In this document: positions 1-12,582 of the stretch, in pieces
How positions within the stretch are numbered: the stretch's first letter is position 1
Layout of the letters: each line of letters opens with the position of its first letter
Assembly (NCBI GenBank): GCA_964016885.1
Contig: OZ024741.1
Coordinates: 31,186,001 to 31,250,000 of the forward strand
Reading direction: 5' to 3'
Length of the DNA stretch: 64,000 nucleotides
From: Eledone cirrhosa
Taxonomy: Eukaryota
Translations under genes and position numbers: made by a program
Notes under the pieces: generated by a model
What the model was told of the DNA's origin: nothing
The model's input: the letters and a program-made list of their open reading frames with translations, nothing else
The model's database searches: none

Positions 1-197
1 AGCTCTGCCAGTTTTTTTTTAAAAATGCCCTAGAAACGCCGTATGTCAATTCGGCACCCCTTATACTCTCTCATGTGGTGTAGGGGTAATATATATATGG
101 AAGAGATGTTAACATGAATGGACCTATTATTTTTATCTAAAGACATTTTTTTCAATTCCATCCCGCCCGTCCCCTTAATCTATTTTATTTCTCATTC

Positions 198-236
198 TTT
201 CTTCTGATGAAGGACTGGCGTCCGAAACGTTATGAC
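198..236 (+). ncRNA. Minimal type I hammerhead ribozyme motif (PLE-type)
   Basis: CTGATGA(204-210)-A-GGAC/TGGC/GTCC stem II-GAAA-CGTTA with palindromic AACGTT stem III; stem I poorly paired. Confidence 0.55.
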
Positions 237-427
237 CCTCTTCCTGCTATATCAAGCGTTAACCTAATATATACCTTCCATATACTGTACCGATTGTGTT
301 GTTATTTCTGTTTACCTTTTATATACATACATATATTTATGTATGTATGTATCAGGAGATTCCAACCAGAATGGTTGCATTTTTTCAGGGTATGTCAATA
401 TTTATTTATAAAACTAACCTATATTAT

Positions 428-486
428 ATTTTATCTGATGAAAGCGCACCATAGTTTGCCTTGGTGGCCCTTGAAATATGTATAAT
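428..486 (+). ncRNA. Hammerhead ribozyme motif
   Basis: TTAT-CTGATGA(435-441)-AAGCGCACCA...TGGTGGCCCTT-GAAA-TATGTA-TAA; same flanks as the motif at 25770-25827. Confidence 0.6.
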
Positions 487-524
487 GAAATGGTTTTATA
501 AATATAGTTTCCATTTGTTAATAT

Positions 525-601
<77 letters not shown>

Positions 602-839
602 TCTTTTTTATCATTTATTTTGTTTTGACCTGTTTCGCTTGATTTGCTTTTTGGCTTAGGTGGTTGATGCTTTCTTAACCACTTTTTCTGTTTTGTATGG
701 CGTTTTAACATTGTTTAGCTCTGTTTTTTAACTATGGAGCGCTTGCCAGCATAATTCTGATTTTTGCGTTTAGTTTCGCTTTTTCTCCCTGCCGAAATGC
801 GATTCTCGCTGAATCTATATTTGTATTTTATATATAAAT

Positions 840-938
<99 letters not shown>

Positions 939-1104
939 AGAAAAAAGAGAATCAGTGTTGCGACGATTGGATTTTATTGAACATATTACAATCGCTTTTC
1001 CAATTATATATATATAAGCAAATGAATAAGTGTAGGGGACGCAAGTCCTTATAACAAAATATTTATATAATTTTTACATGATGTTTCACCCACGTTAATT
1101 AAAA

Positions 1105-1455
1105 ATTATTTCTACTTTTTGCACAAGGCCACTGCATTACTGGAACTATATTTTATCGACTTCGTAAGGATGAAAGGCAAAATGAACCTCGGCGAGATTT
1201 GAAAGGGATGTAACTGTGCTGCAAAGCATGGCGTCCGATCCTCTACCGATACTGCCAATCCACTGCCCGTTAATTAATAATTGTTTCTACGTTTGGCACA
1301 AGGCCAGCAGTTAACCAGTGCATTACTGGTACTTTATTTTATCGACCCCGTAATGATGAAAGGCAAAGTTAACCTCGGCGGGATTTGAACTCAGAATGGC
1401 AAAGGCCGTAACTCTATGCGTCAAAGCATGGCGTCCGACCCTCTACCGATACCGT
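1105..1455 (-). mobile_element. Two tandem copies of a tRNA-derived SINE (octopus-type)
   Basis: Minus strand shows A-box-like TGGCAGTATCGG (copy 1), B-box GAGTTCAAATCC (copy 2) and core GCCTTTCATC..ACG..GTCGATAAAATA; several other copies in window. Confidence 0.8.
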
Positions 1456-3382
1456 ACTTTCTGTACTCAATATTTTATGATCTATACACGAAACACGTAT
1501 TTCAATAACTGAAATTTAAATATTTCAATATCTGAGATTTAAACATGGCGGCAACTGAATATTGTAGACAGGTTTGTTGACTGCACGAAGTAGGACTACA
1601 CTGTGGGAAGGCCTAATTAATCAGGTGCAGCGTTGATATCAGAGCCAGATCTTTCTATGAAGTCGCGCCTGGAATGTGCCAAAGCCCAGCAAATTCGTTT
1701 AAATGTGAATTGCTGTGATGTTGTGTGTAAATAGGCATCTATGTCCCGTTTATTGTTTATAAATTCAAGGAAACTGTGATAACTGTACTTCGGTTAACTG
1801 GATGTCTGGGCCGTGTCACTTCCATGTGGAGAGCAGGTTTGTCTTGAGGTGTAAGCAGCCCTGTGAACAAAGAGATATTAAACCTTGTTTCAGTAACATT
1901 TTCAGTGATATTTTACACGTGTGACATCATAACGAGATCTCCTTCAGACATTAACTCTGCAACTGAGAAAGTAGGCCTAAGCGATGCATTGCTGTTTCAT
2001 GCATTCTGCCCTTTCATGTACAGCCTGCTGTAACTGCAATGCCTATGTCTTGAAAATTAAGTAGCGCTATAGATGTTACGAGCATGAATCATAAATTCGC
2101 TCAATTGCTCAAGGTAGAGCGCTCTTTTCTTTTTAAATTTCCACGGATATTTTCACTGCACACACACTGACACACACGCACACACATACACACACACTCA
2201 CACACTCACACGCACACACCTCACACACACACACATACACACGCGCGTGCGCGCACACACACACACACACATATATTTATATATGAACAAGTACACACCC
2301 ACTCACAGATATGTATATATATATAGTTTCGTTGACAATTATACTAATGTGTAGAGACACACAGATATATTGTCCTTGGTATGACAGTGTGATTTTAGCT
2401 GAATGTAGGATAACTAGTATACTACAGAGCCGTTATAAGTTTAGGAGTAAACTTATAAAAAGAAAAATTTACACTTTTTCTAATAAGCTCGCCTATTAAC
2501 CTAACCATAACTGCTTTTCCTTCACTCTGCCCTAGGTAATTCCATAGGCGGAGTTTTCTATATACGCTTTCTGTCTACGAGACTAACTAGCCATTACGAA
2601 TAGCATTTACTGTAGCATATTTACGTATGGTATGGCACTTTAGCCCGATGCCGACTAGGCCATATTGTGTATTTCACGTGGGACGTTCGGTTGCGAAACT
2701 TAACGTGAAGACTGTGAGAGATAGCAGATATTGTGGACCCGTTTTATTTCCACTTTTTTCATTGGAGTGCCAGCAGTGCATGTACTCCGCTTTACCTCAC
2801 TTCATTGTATTCTGTTTGGATTTAAGGTGTTTGTTGCAGACTGCCTCTGTGGAAAAATCCTCTATGCGTGTATTTGGAAACCTAGTATTATGTCGCCTAA
2901 TACTTGGAACTGGAACCAATGGATGGAGGGTCGTGGCTGGATAAGGAGAAATCAACCTGTTACAAGGCGATACTACTGGAGTGCACCATTTTTCCTATAA
3001 AAAATCCTGCCTGTAAAGCTGCACCACAGCTAACCAACTTTTCTTTTTACTGACTCCTGCTTACAAGCTTTCATACTCTACCTGTAAATCATATATTTGC
3101 ACTGCGTATGAATTGATGTGTCTATGCTTGGTTTGTTTTTTGATCATGCTGAGTAACACCCTCATTCATTTCTTGCTCTCCTCTCTTAACACCCTTACGA
3201 TCTATTGCACCATTTATGTGATAAAATGTTGATGTAATTTTTATGATGTAATTTGTTTATGATGTAATTTTTTGTGACATTATATGTATCAAGTATTGTG
3301 TGCCCTCCTACTTGTCCTTTTTCCTTGTTCTGGTGACTAGACACGATGGAGCCTGCAGCCTTTGATATACCTTTGTTTATAG

Positions 3383-3427
3383 GCTCTGATGATTCCTGCC
3401 CTAGGGTATGGATGAAACAATGTTAGC
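3383..3427 (+). ncRNA. Type I hammerhead ribozyme motif
   Basis: GCT-CTGATGA-T-TCC-TGCCC/GGGTA-T-GGA-T-GAAA-CAATG-TT-AGC, followed by AATAAA. Confidence 0.7.
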
Positions 3428-3469
3428 AAATAAAAGAATGTATTTCTAAGCACTCTTTGATTATTCCTA

Positions 3470-3544
<75 letters not shown>

Positions 3545-3571
3545 ATATATTTATTTATTTATATTTAGACC

Positions 3572-3610
3572 AAGCTGATGATCCGAATAAGGTAAAACAA
3601 TTGTTGCACT
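3572..3610 (+). ncRNA. Degenerate hammerhead (GAAA>AAAA), inverted partner of 3759-3798
   Basis: CTGATGA-TCCGAATAAGGT-AAAA-CAATTG-TT. Confidence 0.5.
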
Positions 3611-3758
3611 GTTGTGGAACTACTTCTATATATATATACATATATATAAAGAGAGAGAGAGAGAGGTTAACACTGGAAGGTAATATCCGTAGTGGTAGAG
3701 CACTCAGTCCAGGGGACGAGTTTGCTAGAGGTAGTAACACAACAGTTAGTTCAACATA

Positions 3759-3798
3759 CCGAGAACAATTGTTTCACCTTATCCGATCTTCAGCTCAA
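3759..3798 (-). ncRNA. Minimal hammerhead ribozyme motif
   Basis: Minus: GAG-CTGAAGA-TCGGATAAGGT-GAAA-CAATTG-TT-CTC with palindromic stem III; the surrounding repeat (3660-3785) recurs truncated at 44455-44575. Confidence 0.65.
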
Positions 3799-4279
3799 AC
3801 TGGTAATGGTTATACGGAACTGGAACAACGGTATGAACTGTATGGTGAAGTAACTGTTGTGTTACTACTTCTGTATATATATATATTCACTGATTACAGG
3901 TCTACCAAATATAAACAAAATCTTTGAGTACATGGAAGCTCCGAAACTATTCAACAAGAGTAACTTCTGTTTTACATCTTCCCTTGTTTCCTAATTTCTT
4001 ACCCATAATCTGCCTCCCATTGACCTCCTTCAATACGTGAAATATTATTTATCTTATTTTTCCCCTTTTTTTCTTTTTATTTTGTTTCTTTTTCTCTTCT
4101 TTTCTTTTCTTTTCTTTTTTTTCGTTAATACTTGTCTCACTAGCTTTGTTTGATTGCCAGCTTTGAGGAGTACTCGATACTTCCCCTAGTCAGGTATGGC
4201 TTACTAGCTCTATACGGACGTTTAAATTGAAAAAATATATAATAAATAAATACATATAATATTTGTTTAGATATTCATG

Positions 4280-4314
<35 letters not shown>

Positions 4315-4495
4315 GTGTGTGTGTGCGTGTGTGTGTGTGTGTGCTCAACAGTGTGTGCAAATATATATATTTATATATGTTTTGGCGTTAAAGAAATAAA
4401 TGCAACAACTGAGGTGGCGACATAGAGATTAAAAACGATATTTAAAGAGAGACTGAGAGAAAGTTAGAGGGAGAGAGAGAGGGGGAGAGAGACAA

Positions 4496-4627
<132 letters not shown>

Positions 4628-5057
4628 TGAGATAGAGACTTGGACACGGCTGTTAAATCTGAAGGACGTTTGCATACAAATATATTGGATATTAACATCA
4701 ATGAATTTAATATAGAGACATCTGGCATCAGGCATCTCTGTAAAGAAGAAGGAAAATTAGAAAGAGGATATTATCTTTCCACATGTAACATCTGCTGAAA
4801 TATGTTTTAGGGGTAAACATTTTAAACAAAAAGGAGAATAACTACGACAATATAGACGGGAGGGAATATAAGAATGTAATTGTGAAGATTATCTGTTTTA
4901 CACAAACACAGACAGCCACACACAAATACGCATGTGTTCGGATGTACGTATGATATATATATGCTTCTACATCTCAAAGCTCAATGGTTTGCAAAGTGGA
5001 AACAGACAATAAATTCAACTGAATTTCAACCACATTGATATTGATATATATATATTT

Positions 5058-5305
5058 AGCTCAAAAGTGACACAGAGGATACTGAGGTTAACTGGACATG
5101 CTCGCCGACATCCAGAGTTGACACTGCGCTCAATGATCCCGTGGGAGCCCCTGTATGGACACACTGGAAGAGGGAGACCGAGGTTATCATATGTTGATGC
5201 TCTAAGGACAGACACTGGTCACTTGAAGACGCAAGACATGGCGGCGATGATGATGGACAGAGACTACTGGAGAGAACTCGTCCATGGACCTCGGGAATTT
5301 TACGC
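5058..5305 (+). mobile_element. 3' fragment of RTE-clade LINE
   Basis: RLTGHARRHPEL...WEPLYGHTGRGRPRLSYVDALRTDTG matches the C-terminus of the copies at 34.7-35.2 kb and 54.3 kb. Confidence 0.85.
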
Positions 5306-5469
5306 GCCCTATATATATATATATACATATATATACATAATTATCTAACAAGTTTCCTATTTCGACCATTACATAATACAGTAGACTTTCTACACTAGTC
5401 AAATCCAATAGGTTGATGAATATAAACATCTCTACATTACATACCACCATATAATTGTCATTACATTAT

Positions 5470-5637
5470 CCACAAGGCCAGCAATTATCCCAGTGTATTA
5501 GTGGTGCTTTATTTTATCGACCCCCCATTAAGGATGAAAGGCAAAGTTAACCTCGGCGGGATTTGAATTCAAACCATAAAGGGCTGTAACTCTTTGCTGC
5601 AAAGCATAGGGTCCGAGCCTCTACCGATACTGCCAAC
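5470..5637 (-). mobile_element. tRNA-derived SINE copy
   Basis: Same family as 1105-1455. Confidence 0.8.
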
Positions 5638-5939
5638 CACATAATATCATGCATCTGGTTGATATATTGCCAACACACTAACACGTGTTTCAAAATTAAC
5701 ATTTCAAATTTACATCTTTTTGTTATATTTTATTATATTAGATTTTGATAAAGGAGCGTTTAACACACTATAATTTTAACTGTGTCGTCAAACACATCCA
5801 TAAGTCGGAAGACTACGTCACAAATTCGATCCATTCTTACAATCTTGGGATATTATCAAAATTGGTTCTTGAAAGCTAAGGTAGCACTTTTGTTCCATGT
5901 ATGAACACAAATAAATAATAATCGGCTGGAACAAATAAT

Positions 5940-5970
<31 letters not shown>

Positions 5971-6004
5971 ACTCGGGAATTTTATATTCTCCGAGTGAAA
6001 AGAA

Positions 6005-6089
6005 TCTTCTGACGAGAGTTTATCTTTTCAATGGAAGCCTGCAAGGACTATCCATTTATTTTTGAGACTCGAAACCGTTTCGGTAAAGG
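6005..6089 (+). ncRNA. Type I hammerhead ribozyme with intact core
   Basis: TCTT-CTGACGA-GAGTTT...AGACTC-GAAA-CCG-TTT-CGG-TA-AAGG. Confidence 0.85.
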
Positions 6090-6491
6090 TAACCATAGTG
6101 AGTACAGTGAATTTTTTGAAATTTATTTTGAAACTTTTTCTTATTTGCTAAACCTTGATTATATATGTTCTGGCTCGTTAATTTATTAACCTGCTATTGA
6201 ACCACATTGGCTTATGGTTGGATAATACATGTGTCCCTATTCGTTTTTTGCGTGTAGGGATATATACTTTATTATTATTAATCTCCCCCTGGTCGAGATG
6301 AAATTTGGTCGTTTTGGTTGCTGCTATTTATAGTGGTAGTAGATTGACCTCCCTGCCTCTGCCTTCTATCTTTGAACACGGCACTGGACAGAATTGCTTC
6401 CACATCATTCATTCTCATCTCGGGATCAATTTTGAATAGCGCCAGTTCGTAATTTGAACTCGGGAATTTTATATTCTCCGTGTGAAAAGAA

Positions 6492-6576
6492 CATTCTGAC
6501 GAGAGTTTATATTTTCAATGGAAGCTCGCAAGGACTATCCATTTATTTTTGAGACTCGAAACCGATTCGGTAAAGG
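6492..6576 (+). ncRNA. Type I hammerhead ribozyme, second tandem copy
   Basis: CTGACGA(6496)-GAGTTT...AGACTC-GAAA-CCGATTCGG-TA-AAGG. Confidence 0.8.
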
Positions 6577-6643
6577 CAACCATAGTAAGTACAGTGAATT
6601 TTTGAAATTTATTTTGAAACTTTTTCTTATTTGTTAAACCTTG

Positions 6644-6687
<44 letters not shown>

Positions 6688-6749
6688 CACCTTCCTCTAT
6701 CAACAGAAAATTTAGAAAGTGTATAAATCCCACCATAACACATTGACAG

Positions 6750-6804
6750 TCGGATTTCCTGATGATTTCCATCGAATGAAACAGTTCTACCCTTGTAGAT
6801 TCGA
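6750..6804 (+). ncRNA. Hammerhead ribozyme motif
   Basis: TCGGATTTC-CTGATGA-T-TTC-CATC-GAA-T-GAAA-CAG...TTG-TA-GATTCGA; bulged stem I. Confidence 0.55.
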
Positions 6805-6814
6805 TATATATATA

Positions 6815-7460
6815 CATATATATGATTTTTAAAGCGATGAAATACCAATGAAGGTTGGAAAATCACTGATGAAGGACTATTTTTATCATATGTAACCCAT
6901 GTGCAACCACGCAGTATTCATTCTTCTCATGTTTTTTATATATATTTTCCCCAGCTGCGTTTGTCTGTTTCTCTCTTACTGATTCCCCCTCTCTCTGTTT
7001 CTCTCACCTTCTTTCGCCCCCTCTGTCAGTTACACTTTCTATCGACTGGCCTCTTCCTCACACTTCTACTAACTCACTCTCTGCTTCTCCCCTTCTCACT
7101 TCCTCCCGTTTGGACTGAAGTGGCGTCCTTTCTTACCCACACCTCACTCGCGTCGCACGGTCTGTTGACTCTCGCTCATGAAATCCACACAGCTTAAGCT
7201 GATCGGACTCCCATGTGCTTGTTTTTTCCTATCTTTGCGTTGCTATCCTTCTATGTTTGTTTACTTGTCTCGCTCGCTTTACGCGATTTACTTGTCCCAA
7301 TAGCTTTATTTAGCTATTGCTCGCACCAACTGGAGGTATATGATTTTTAGAGCGATGAAATACTAATGAAGGTTGGAAAATTACTGATGAAGGAATAGTT
7401 TTATCATATGTAACCCATGTGCAACCACGCAGTATTCATTCTTCTCATGTTTTATATACA
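6815..7460. mobile_element. Non-coding repeat with direct terminal repeats (~520-nt period); relative at 17780-18535 in opposite orientation
   Basis: ~6820-6940 is repeated at ~7338-7455; shared GGTTGGAA.ATCACTGATGAAGGA and GCTCGCACCAAC.GGAGGTATATG. Confidence 0.65.
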
Positions 7461-7471
7461 TATATATATAT

Positions 7472-8163
7472 ATAAATGGAAAAAATGAAACGAAATTTCA
7501 TTCTCACTCCCAGTACGGCTGTTAACAAACATCCCGAATTAAGCCGTACAGTGTCTAGTAACCATCGTTGCCCTTTTGTTCAACACTGACAAAGGAACGA
7601 TGAACTAGTGTCAAGCTTATTAGCTATCGTCAGTACCGTATACCTTCTTGCCAGATGATTGAACGTCTGAAAGTATATACTTTCCTTATGCATATTAACG
7701 GCTGAGCAGCCTAATTTGGATATCGAGTGAGTTAATCGGCCGGGCGCACCGAAAACGATAAATGGAAAAAAATGAAACGACATTTCATTTCTCACTCCCA
7801 GTACGGCTGTTACTTAAATATAAGTATGTATACGTACATACATATATGTATACAGACATACAGTAGTATGTATATATATACATACATGCACACACATATA
7901 TATATGCACGTATGGATTCACCGAACATTTATTATATAGTAAGCTTGAAACTAGGTCATCGTTTCTTTGTCAGCGTTGAAAAAAAGGGCAACGATGGTCG
8001 CTAAACAGTGTACGGCTTAATTCATGATGTTTGCTTACAAACAAACCGATCACTATAATAAATGTTCGGTGAATCCATACGTACATACATATATGTGTGT
8101 GCATGTATGTATATATATACATACTACTGTACGTCTGTATGCATATATGTATGTACGTATACA

Positions 8164-8170
<7 letters not shown>
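7472..8170. mobile_element. Tandem plus fold-back PLE-LTR-like repeat, same family as 19340-20435; degenerate HHR at 7597-7639(-)
   Basis: 7474-7522 is repeated at 7759-7812; 7820-7935 is inverted at 8050-8170. Confidence 0.7.
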
Positions 8171-8210
<40 letters not shown>

Positions 8211-8302
8211 GATTTACATATACATAAAGTCACAGATATATATGTGGCAACCGGTCTCGATGTCGCTCAATGAAGAATTAATAAATGAAATAATCAGAGC
8301 AA

Positions 8303-8904
8303 TATATCATAAATCATGTCATTAGAATTATTAGATAAAATATATACCATTTCCTCTCCCAATTAGTATAATTAACCATATAAAAAATGAATTAGACCAG
8401 GCTATAAGAATAAAGGCTCCTATGAAGAAATATTTGATAAATAACCGAAAGCGGCCTCTTCGCGGTTTACCCCAATAGGGTATTTACCCTACATTTCAAC
8501 AGCATGTAGAAACTGACTAAATATACCGTCAACCATACACAATTAGGTATAAATTTAAAGTTAGAAGAAACGTGTACATACCGTTTTTACATCTCGATGA
8601 CATACCGTAATTACATTAGAGATGTAATTACGGTACGTACACGTTTCTTCTAACTTTAAATTTATATCTAATTGTGTATGGTTGACGGTATATTTAGTCA
8701 GTTTCTACATGTTGTTGAAATGTGGGGTAAATACCCTATTGGGGTAAACCGCGAAGAGGCCGCTTTCGGTTATTTATCAAATATTTCTTCATAGGAGCCT
8801 TTATGCTTATAGCCTGGTCTAATTGATTTTTTATATGGTTAATTATGCTAATTGGGAGAGGAAATGGTATATATTTTATCTAATAATTCTAAGGACATGA
8901 TTTA

Positions 8905-8910
<6 letters not shown>
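8303..8910. repeat. ~300-bp-arm fold-back palindrome
   Basis: Left arm 8303-8610 is the reverse complement of 8625-8910 with few mismatches; short duplication at the centre. Confidence 0.9.
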
Positions 8911-8981
<71 letters not shown>

Positions 8982-8997
8982 CGTGTGTGTATGTATG

Positions 8998-9037
<40 letters not shown>

Positions 9038-9243
9038 GTTATGCAAGAAATTCTTAGGATTATCCTGAATGCAGTAATTGTTAATTACTACACAAGATAG
9101 GGTTGACGTACGGTGAGGGTTACTTAATGAGTAGTCGGAAAGTATAGTCGGAAAAACTCAGTTTCTGATCCTTCTGTATTTCGGAGTGTAGATAAAGAAT
9201 GAATAATAACAGGTAGACATCATAAAAGGCAATTTATTCCGAG

Positions 9244-9360
9244 TGCTTACAAATGTTTCAACAGTAGTTATACAGCCTAGTCATGCTATGTGCAAATTGA
9301 TAATTATTTGATTGCAGAAACTCAATTTTCAAATGCTGCCACTACCGTTTCCTCAGAGCA
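9244..9360 (-). ncRNA. Hammerhead ribozyme with ~70-nt loop II insertion
   Basis: Minus: TGCT-CTGAGGA-AACGGTAGT...ACTACTGTT-GAAA-CATTTG-TA-AGCA. Confidence 0.8.
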
Positions 9361-9482
9361 GAATGGTTAAAATGTAAATAGCCTTGTATTTCTTAAAGGA
9401 ATTTATTGGAGAAGATAGAGTAGAAAGGAAGAGAGAAAGAAGAGGAGGGGGAGAGAGAGAGAGAAACAGAGAGAGAGAGAGA

Positions 9483-9530
<48 letters not shown>

Positions 9531-11894
9531 GAGAGAGAGAGAGAGATGTAGGGGTTGGAGAAGTGGGAGAGAGTGGTTTGAAGAATACAGATAGCTTAAT
9601 CAAAATGTTGTGGTAGGGATTTTATTATACTGTTTACTCTCAAGGTGACAGCCCTTAGGTATTGTGTTGATGTGGTCAAGATTGGGATTATTTATTGCCA
9701 ACGAGAGCAGGTTCATAGAAGTGGAGAGGGAGTGAGGTAGACCGAGGGCGAGAGAGAGAGATATATAGATAGAGAGAGAGGGGGGGAGAGAGAGGAATAG
9801 ATAGAGATAGAGAGGAGACAGACGAAGGCTACGAGATGGGGTATACATCGAATTCATAGTTGTAGTCTGCAAATCGCACTCAAGTACCCATTTATAATGA
9901 TAAGCAGGGTATTGTCTTGTAGTGTGGGGGTGGGGGATATATTTAGGAAGTAGTTATTGAGAGGAATTAGTTAGCGAGAAAGTAGTCTCGGGTTCAAATG
10001 TTAAGTTATTTTATAGTGAGAGAATTTAGCCTTCAATTTGTGGTTGCAGTATAACGATCGTTCGATTCTGTCATTTAGTAATTTGTTTTTGGATTTTAAT
10101 AATATAAAAGAGTTCAAGGTTGCATAATCTGCAGTACTTCAATCCACTCCGATATGCACTAGCGCTGGATAGTTTATCCCATTTCAAGGTAAACTGCCGG
10201 TTGCATTCTCGGAGTTGCCAGGTCTTATTGGCGAGCGTAGTAACAAGACGGTGTTTAGGATGCTTAATCGAAAATCGATGACGATACCAGCGAGAGTTAA
10301 AGGGGGTAGTGGTAGACGGGATGTAATACCATTCGGTTCTTTCGATTCAAAGGTGCATTGATAAATCATTTTGGACTCTAGCCATTTGTTCTTCAATGGG
10401 CATCTTTCGGGCAGGTGGCAGTTGCAGTTTTTGTTGTGGGTAGCAGGTATACCGTGGATAGGTTGGGATAGCAGTACAGGTGGGTTGTGTAATACCCGCT
10501 TCCCATTTTGTGGTTGGGAGGCCGATATTAGGTTATGCTCATCTGTTACTGAAATATTTTGTTTTGTAGTGTTGTTTAATAATTGCTTTAAGTTAAGTTT
10601 TTTTTATGTATGCTTCAAGGTTTGGTGCAGTGGAGTATGAGAGCTTAATATTCTTAGAGGTTAGAATCTTACTGTATTTATGGGAACTAGGGAAATGCTT
10701 GTTAATTAACTTAAAGAATGAAAGAGATAGTTTTGTACGAATCGAAGCATTACAAATGGGATTATACCAGATATACTTTCCACACCGTGATTTATTTGAG
10801 TTTGGTGATGATTTTCTATTAGTATGTCTGGTGGTACTGTGTGTGTGCGCTTGTATTTCTGTACCCCGGTTATATATTCTTTGATTGCGTGTGCAGCTAA
10901 GTGTGTTATGGAGATTCTTATCAATGTATTCTATTTTATCACGGTGTTCTGCATTCCTTAATGCGTTATTATAGTATTCAGCATGTTCACTGAAAATCTC
11001 AGAGTTAGACGATAGGAGAGAGATTCTGATAGAAATACTACTGGGAACCGATTTGATCATGGAAAGTGGGTGATTCGAATTAAAATTAATATAGGCAAGT
11101 TTCTTATTTATCTTGTGAAAGGGTCGTATCAGTCCAGTATTAAAATTAAGAGTTACGTCAAGAAAATTTACCACTTTGAGATTTTATTCGTACATTATTT
11201 TTAGACCCAGTTCACTAAAAGAATTTCTAATCTTTTTCCGTAGCCTTTCAAAACTTTGGTTATTTAAGTTATTAACTAATAAAAGCGCGTCATCTGTATA
11301 TATTCCCCACTGTAGAATACTAAATTTTCTATGTAGTATGTGGGCTATGTAAATTCCCACAAGATCCGTAACCTGCGCTGAGTCGTTAGAGCCCATGGTG
11401 ATGTCGAAGTTTGAGGGTCTGTCCCTACGTTCCCAGAAGCAGTTATCAAACTTGATAATAGTTTTCCTAGCCTCTAGAACAATATTAATTTCGTCCTCCG
11501 TTAGGTGGAAATTGACTTTGGCAAACGATAGGGCCTTACGTAAAGTACTGGGTGAGATTGAAGAGTAGTATTCGTCAATGTCGAATTGTATAAACTTAGA
11601 CTTACTCTTGTTCTTAACGTTATTAAACCAGCGAATTGCTTCGCTAGTGTTGCCCCATAATTTAATTTCTATTTTCTTTTTCAATCGAGTTATTACCCTG
11701 TCAAGTATCTGTTTGCTAATTTTTACTATGTCTGATTTAGAAGAGCATATAAGTCTAATATTAGGGTTAGAGTCAAAATTTACCTCTCTCTCACTCTCTC
11801 TCTCTCTCTCCCATTCTTTCTCTCCTCCTTTCTACTCTATCTTCTCCAATAAATACCTTTAAGAAATACAAGGGTATTTACGTTTTAACCATTC

Positions 11895-12011
11895 TGCTCT
11901 GAGGAAACGGTAGTGGCAGCATTCGGAAAGTGAGTTTCTGTAATAAAATAGTTATCAATTTGCACATAGCATGACTAGGCTGTATAACTACTGTTAAAAC
12001 ATTTGTAAGCA
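11895..12011 (+). ncRNA. Inverted copy of the 9244-9360 hammerhead with G12>A
   Basis: Same stems; GAAA reads AAAA. Confidence 0.65.
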
Positions 12012-12054
12012 CTCGGAATAAATTACCTTTTATGATGTCTACCTGTTATTATTC

Positions 12055-12082
<28 letters not shown>

Positions 12083-12089
<7 letters not shown>

Positions 12090-12410
12090 TACTTGGGGAG
12101 GGTCATATTGTTGTAATAATATTGCCACAGATAATAACAGAACATACTTACTGTTTGGTTGGTTTTCGCTTCTGTATATTTTATATCTCCACAGTTAATT
12201 CATTTGGTCTTCAATGTTTATCATTGCCTGACCAACGGTCAACAATACAGATATAAACACATATATATTCAATGATTAACATTGAGGACAGTGAGTGTGT
12301 TCTGTTATTATTTCTGGCAATATTATTACAATAATATGACCCTCCCCAAGTATAACTATATTTGTTTCGACACACGATTTCATATCAAAAACCTCGCAAA
12401 ACAAATATAT
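12083..12410. mobile_element. Fold-back PLE terminal-repeat fragment related to the 60.5-64 kb family
   Basis: 12083-12155 is inverted at 12288-12360; shares GTTATACTT.GGGAGGGTCAT. Confidence 0.65.
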
Positions 12411-12537
12411 ATATATTGAAATTTCGTATTTCTAAAGAAATACGGTATGTTTATGGATAAACATTTAGGAAGCCGGAGCTATGAAAAACACCGGTGCTAT
12501 CCCCCTCTGGTGGTGTCCAGCAGAAGTAAGGTGGACA

Positions 12538-12582
12538 ATGATCAATGCATTTCGAACTTAACTGGTTCTCATCAGTATATCA
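12538..12582 (-). ncRNA. Minimal hammerhead motif
   Basis: Minus: CTGATGA-GAAC-CAGTTAA-GTTC-GAAA-TGCA-TT; palindromic ATGCAT; stem I imperfect. Confidence 0.6.

Larger units (their letters stand above)
5970..6650 (+). mobile_element. Partial tandem repeat (487-nt period), each unit with a hammerhead; retrozyme/solo PLE-LTR-like
   Basis: ~5970-6165 is repeated at ~6457-6650; flanked by (TA)n. Confidence 0.8.
9035..12058 (-). mobile_element. 5'-truncated, decayed Penelope-like element (Naiad-like) with inverted terminal repeat
   Basis: RT motifs FIQFDIDEYYSSI, FDITMGSNDSAQVTDLVG, YTDDAL, VNFLDVTLN, WYNP; CNC..CPL linker and GIY-YIG remnant; 9197-9500 is inverted at 11783-12058. Confidence 0.85.

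Noticed and set aside
1330-1455. tRNA gene suggested by A/B boxes
   Set aside because: No cloverleaf; multi-copy with a shared body and TSDs in other copies, so a SINE.
2627-3000. Short overlapping ORFs as a host exon
   Set aside because: No recognisable domain or splice support.
6860-6900. CTGATGA as a hammerhead or SECIS (also at 7384, 17798, 18434)
   Set aside because: No stem II-GAAA-UH partner, and the helix is too short or poorly paired for a SECIS.
10370-10440. Trp (TGG) at a linker Cys as a selenocysteine relic
   Set aside because: A single substitution from TGC/TGT in a decayed copy explains it.
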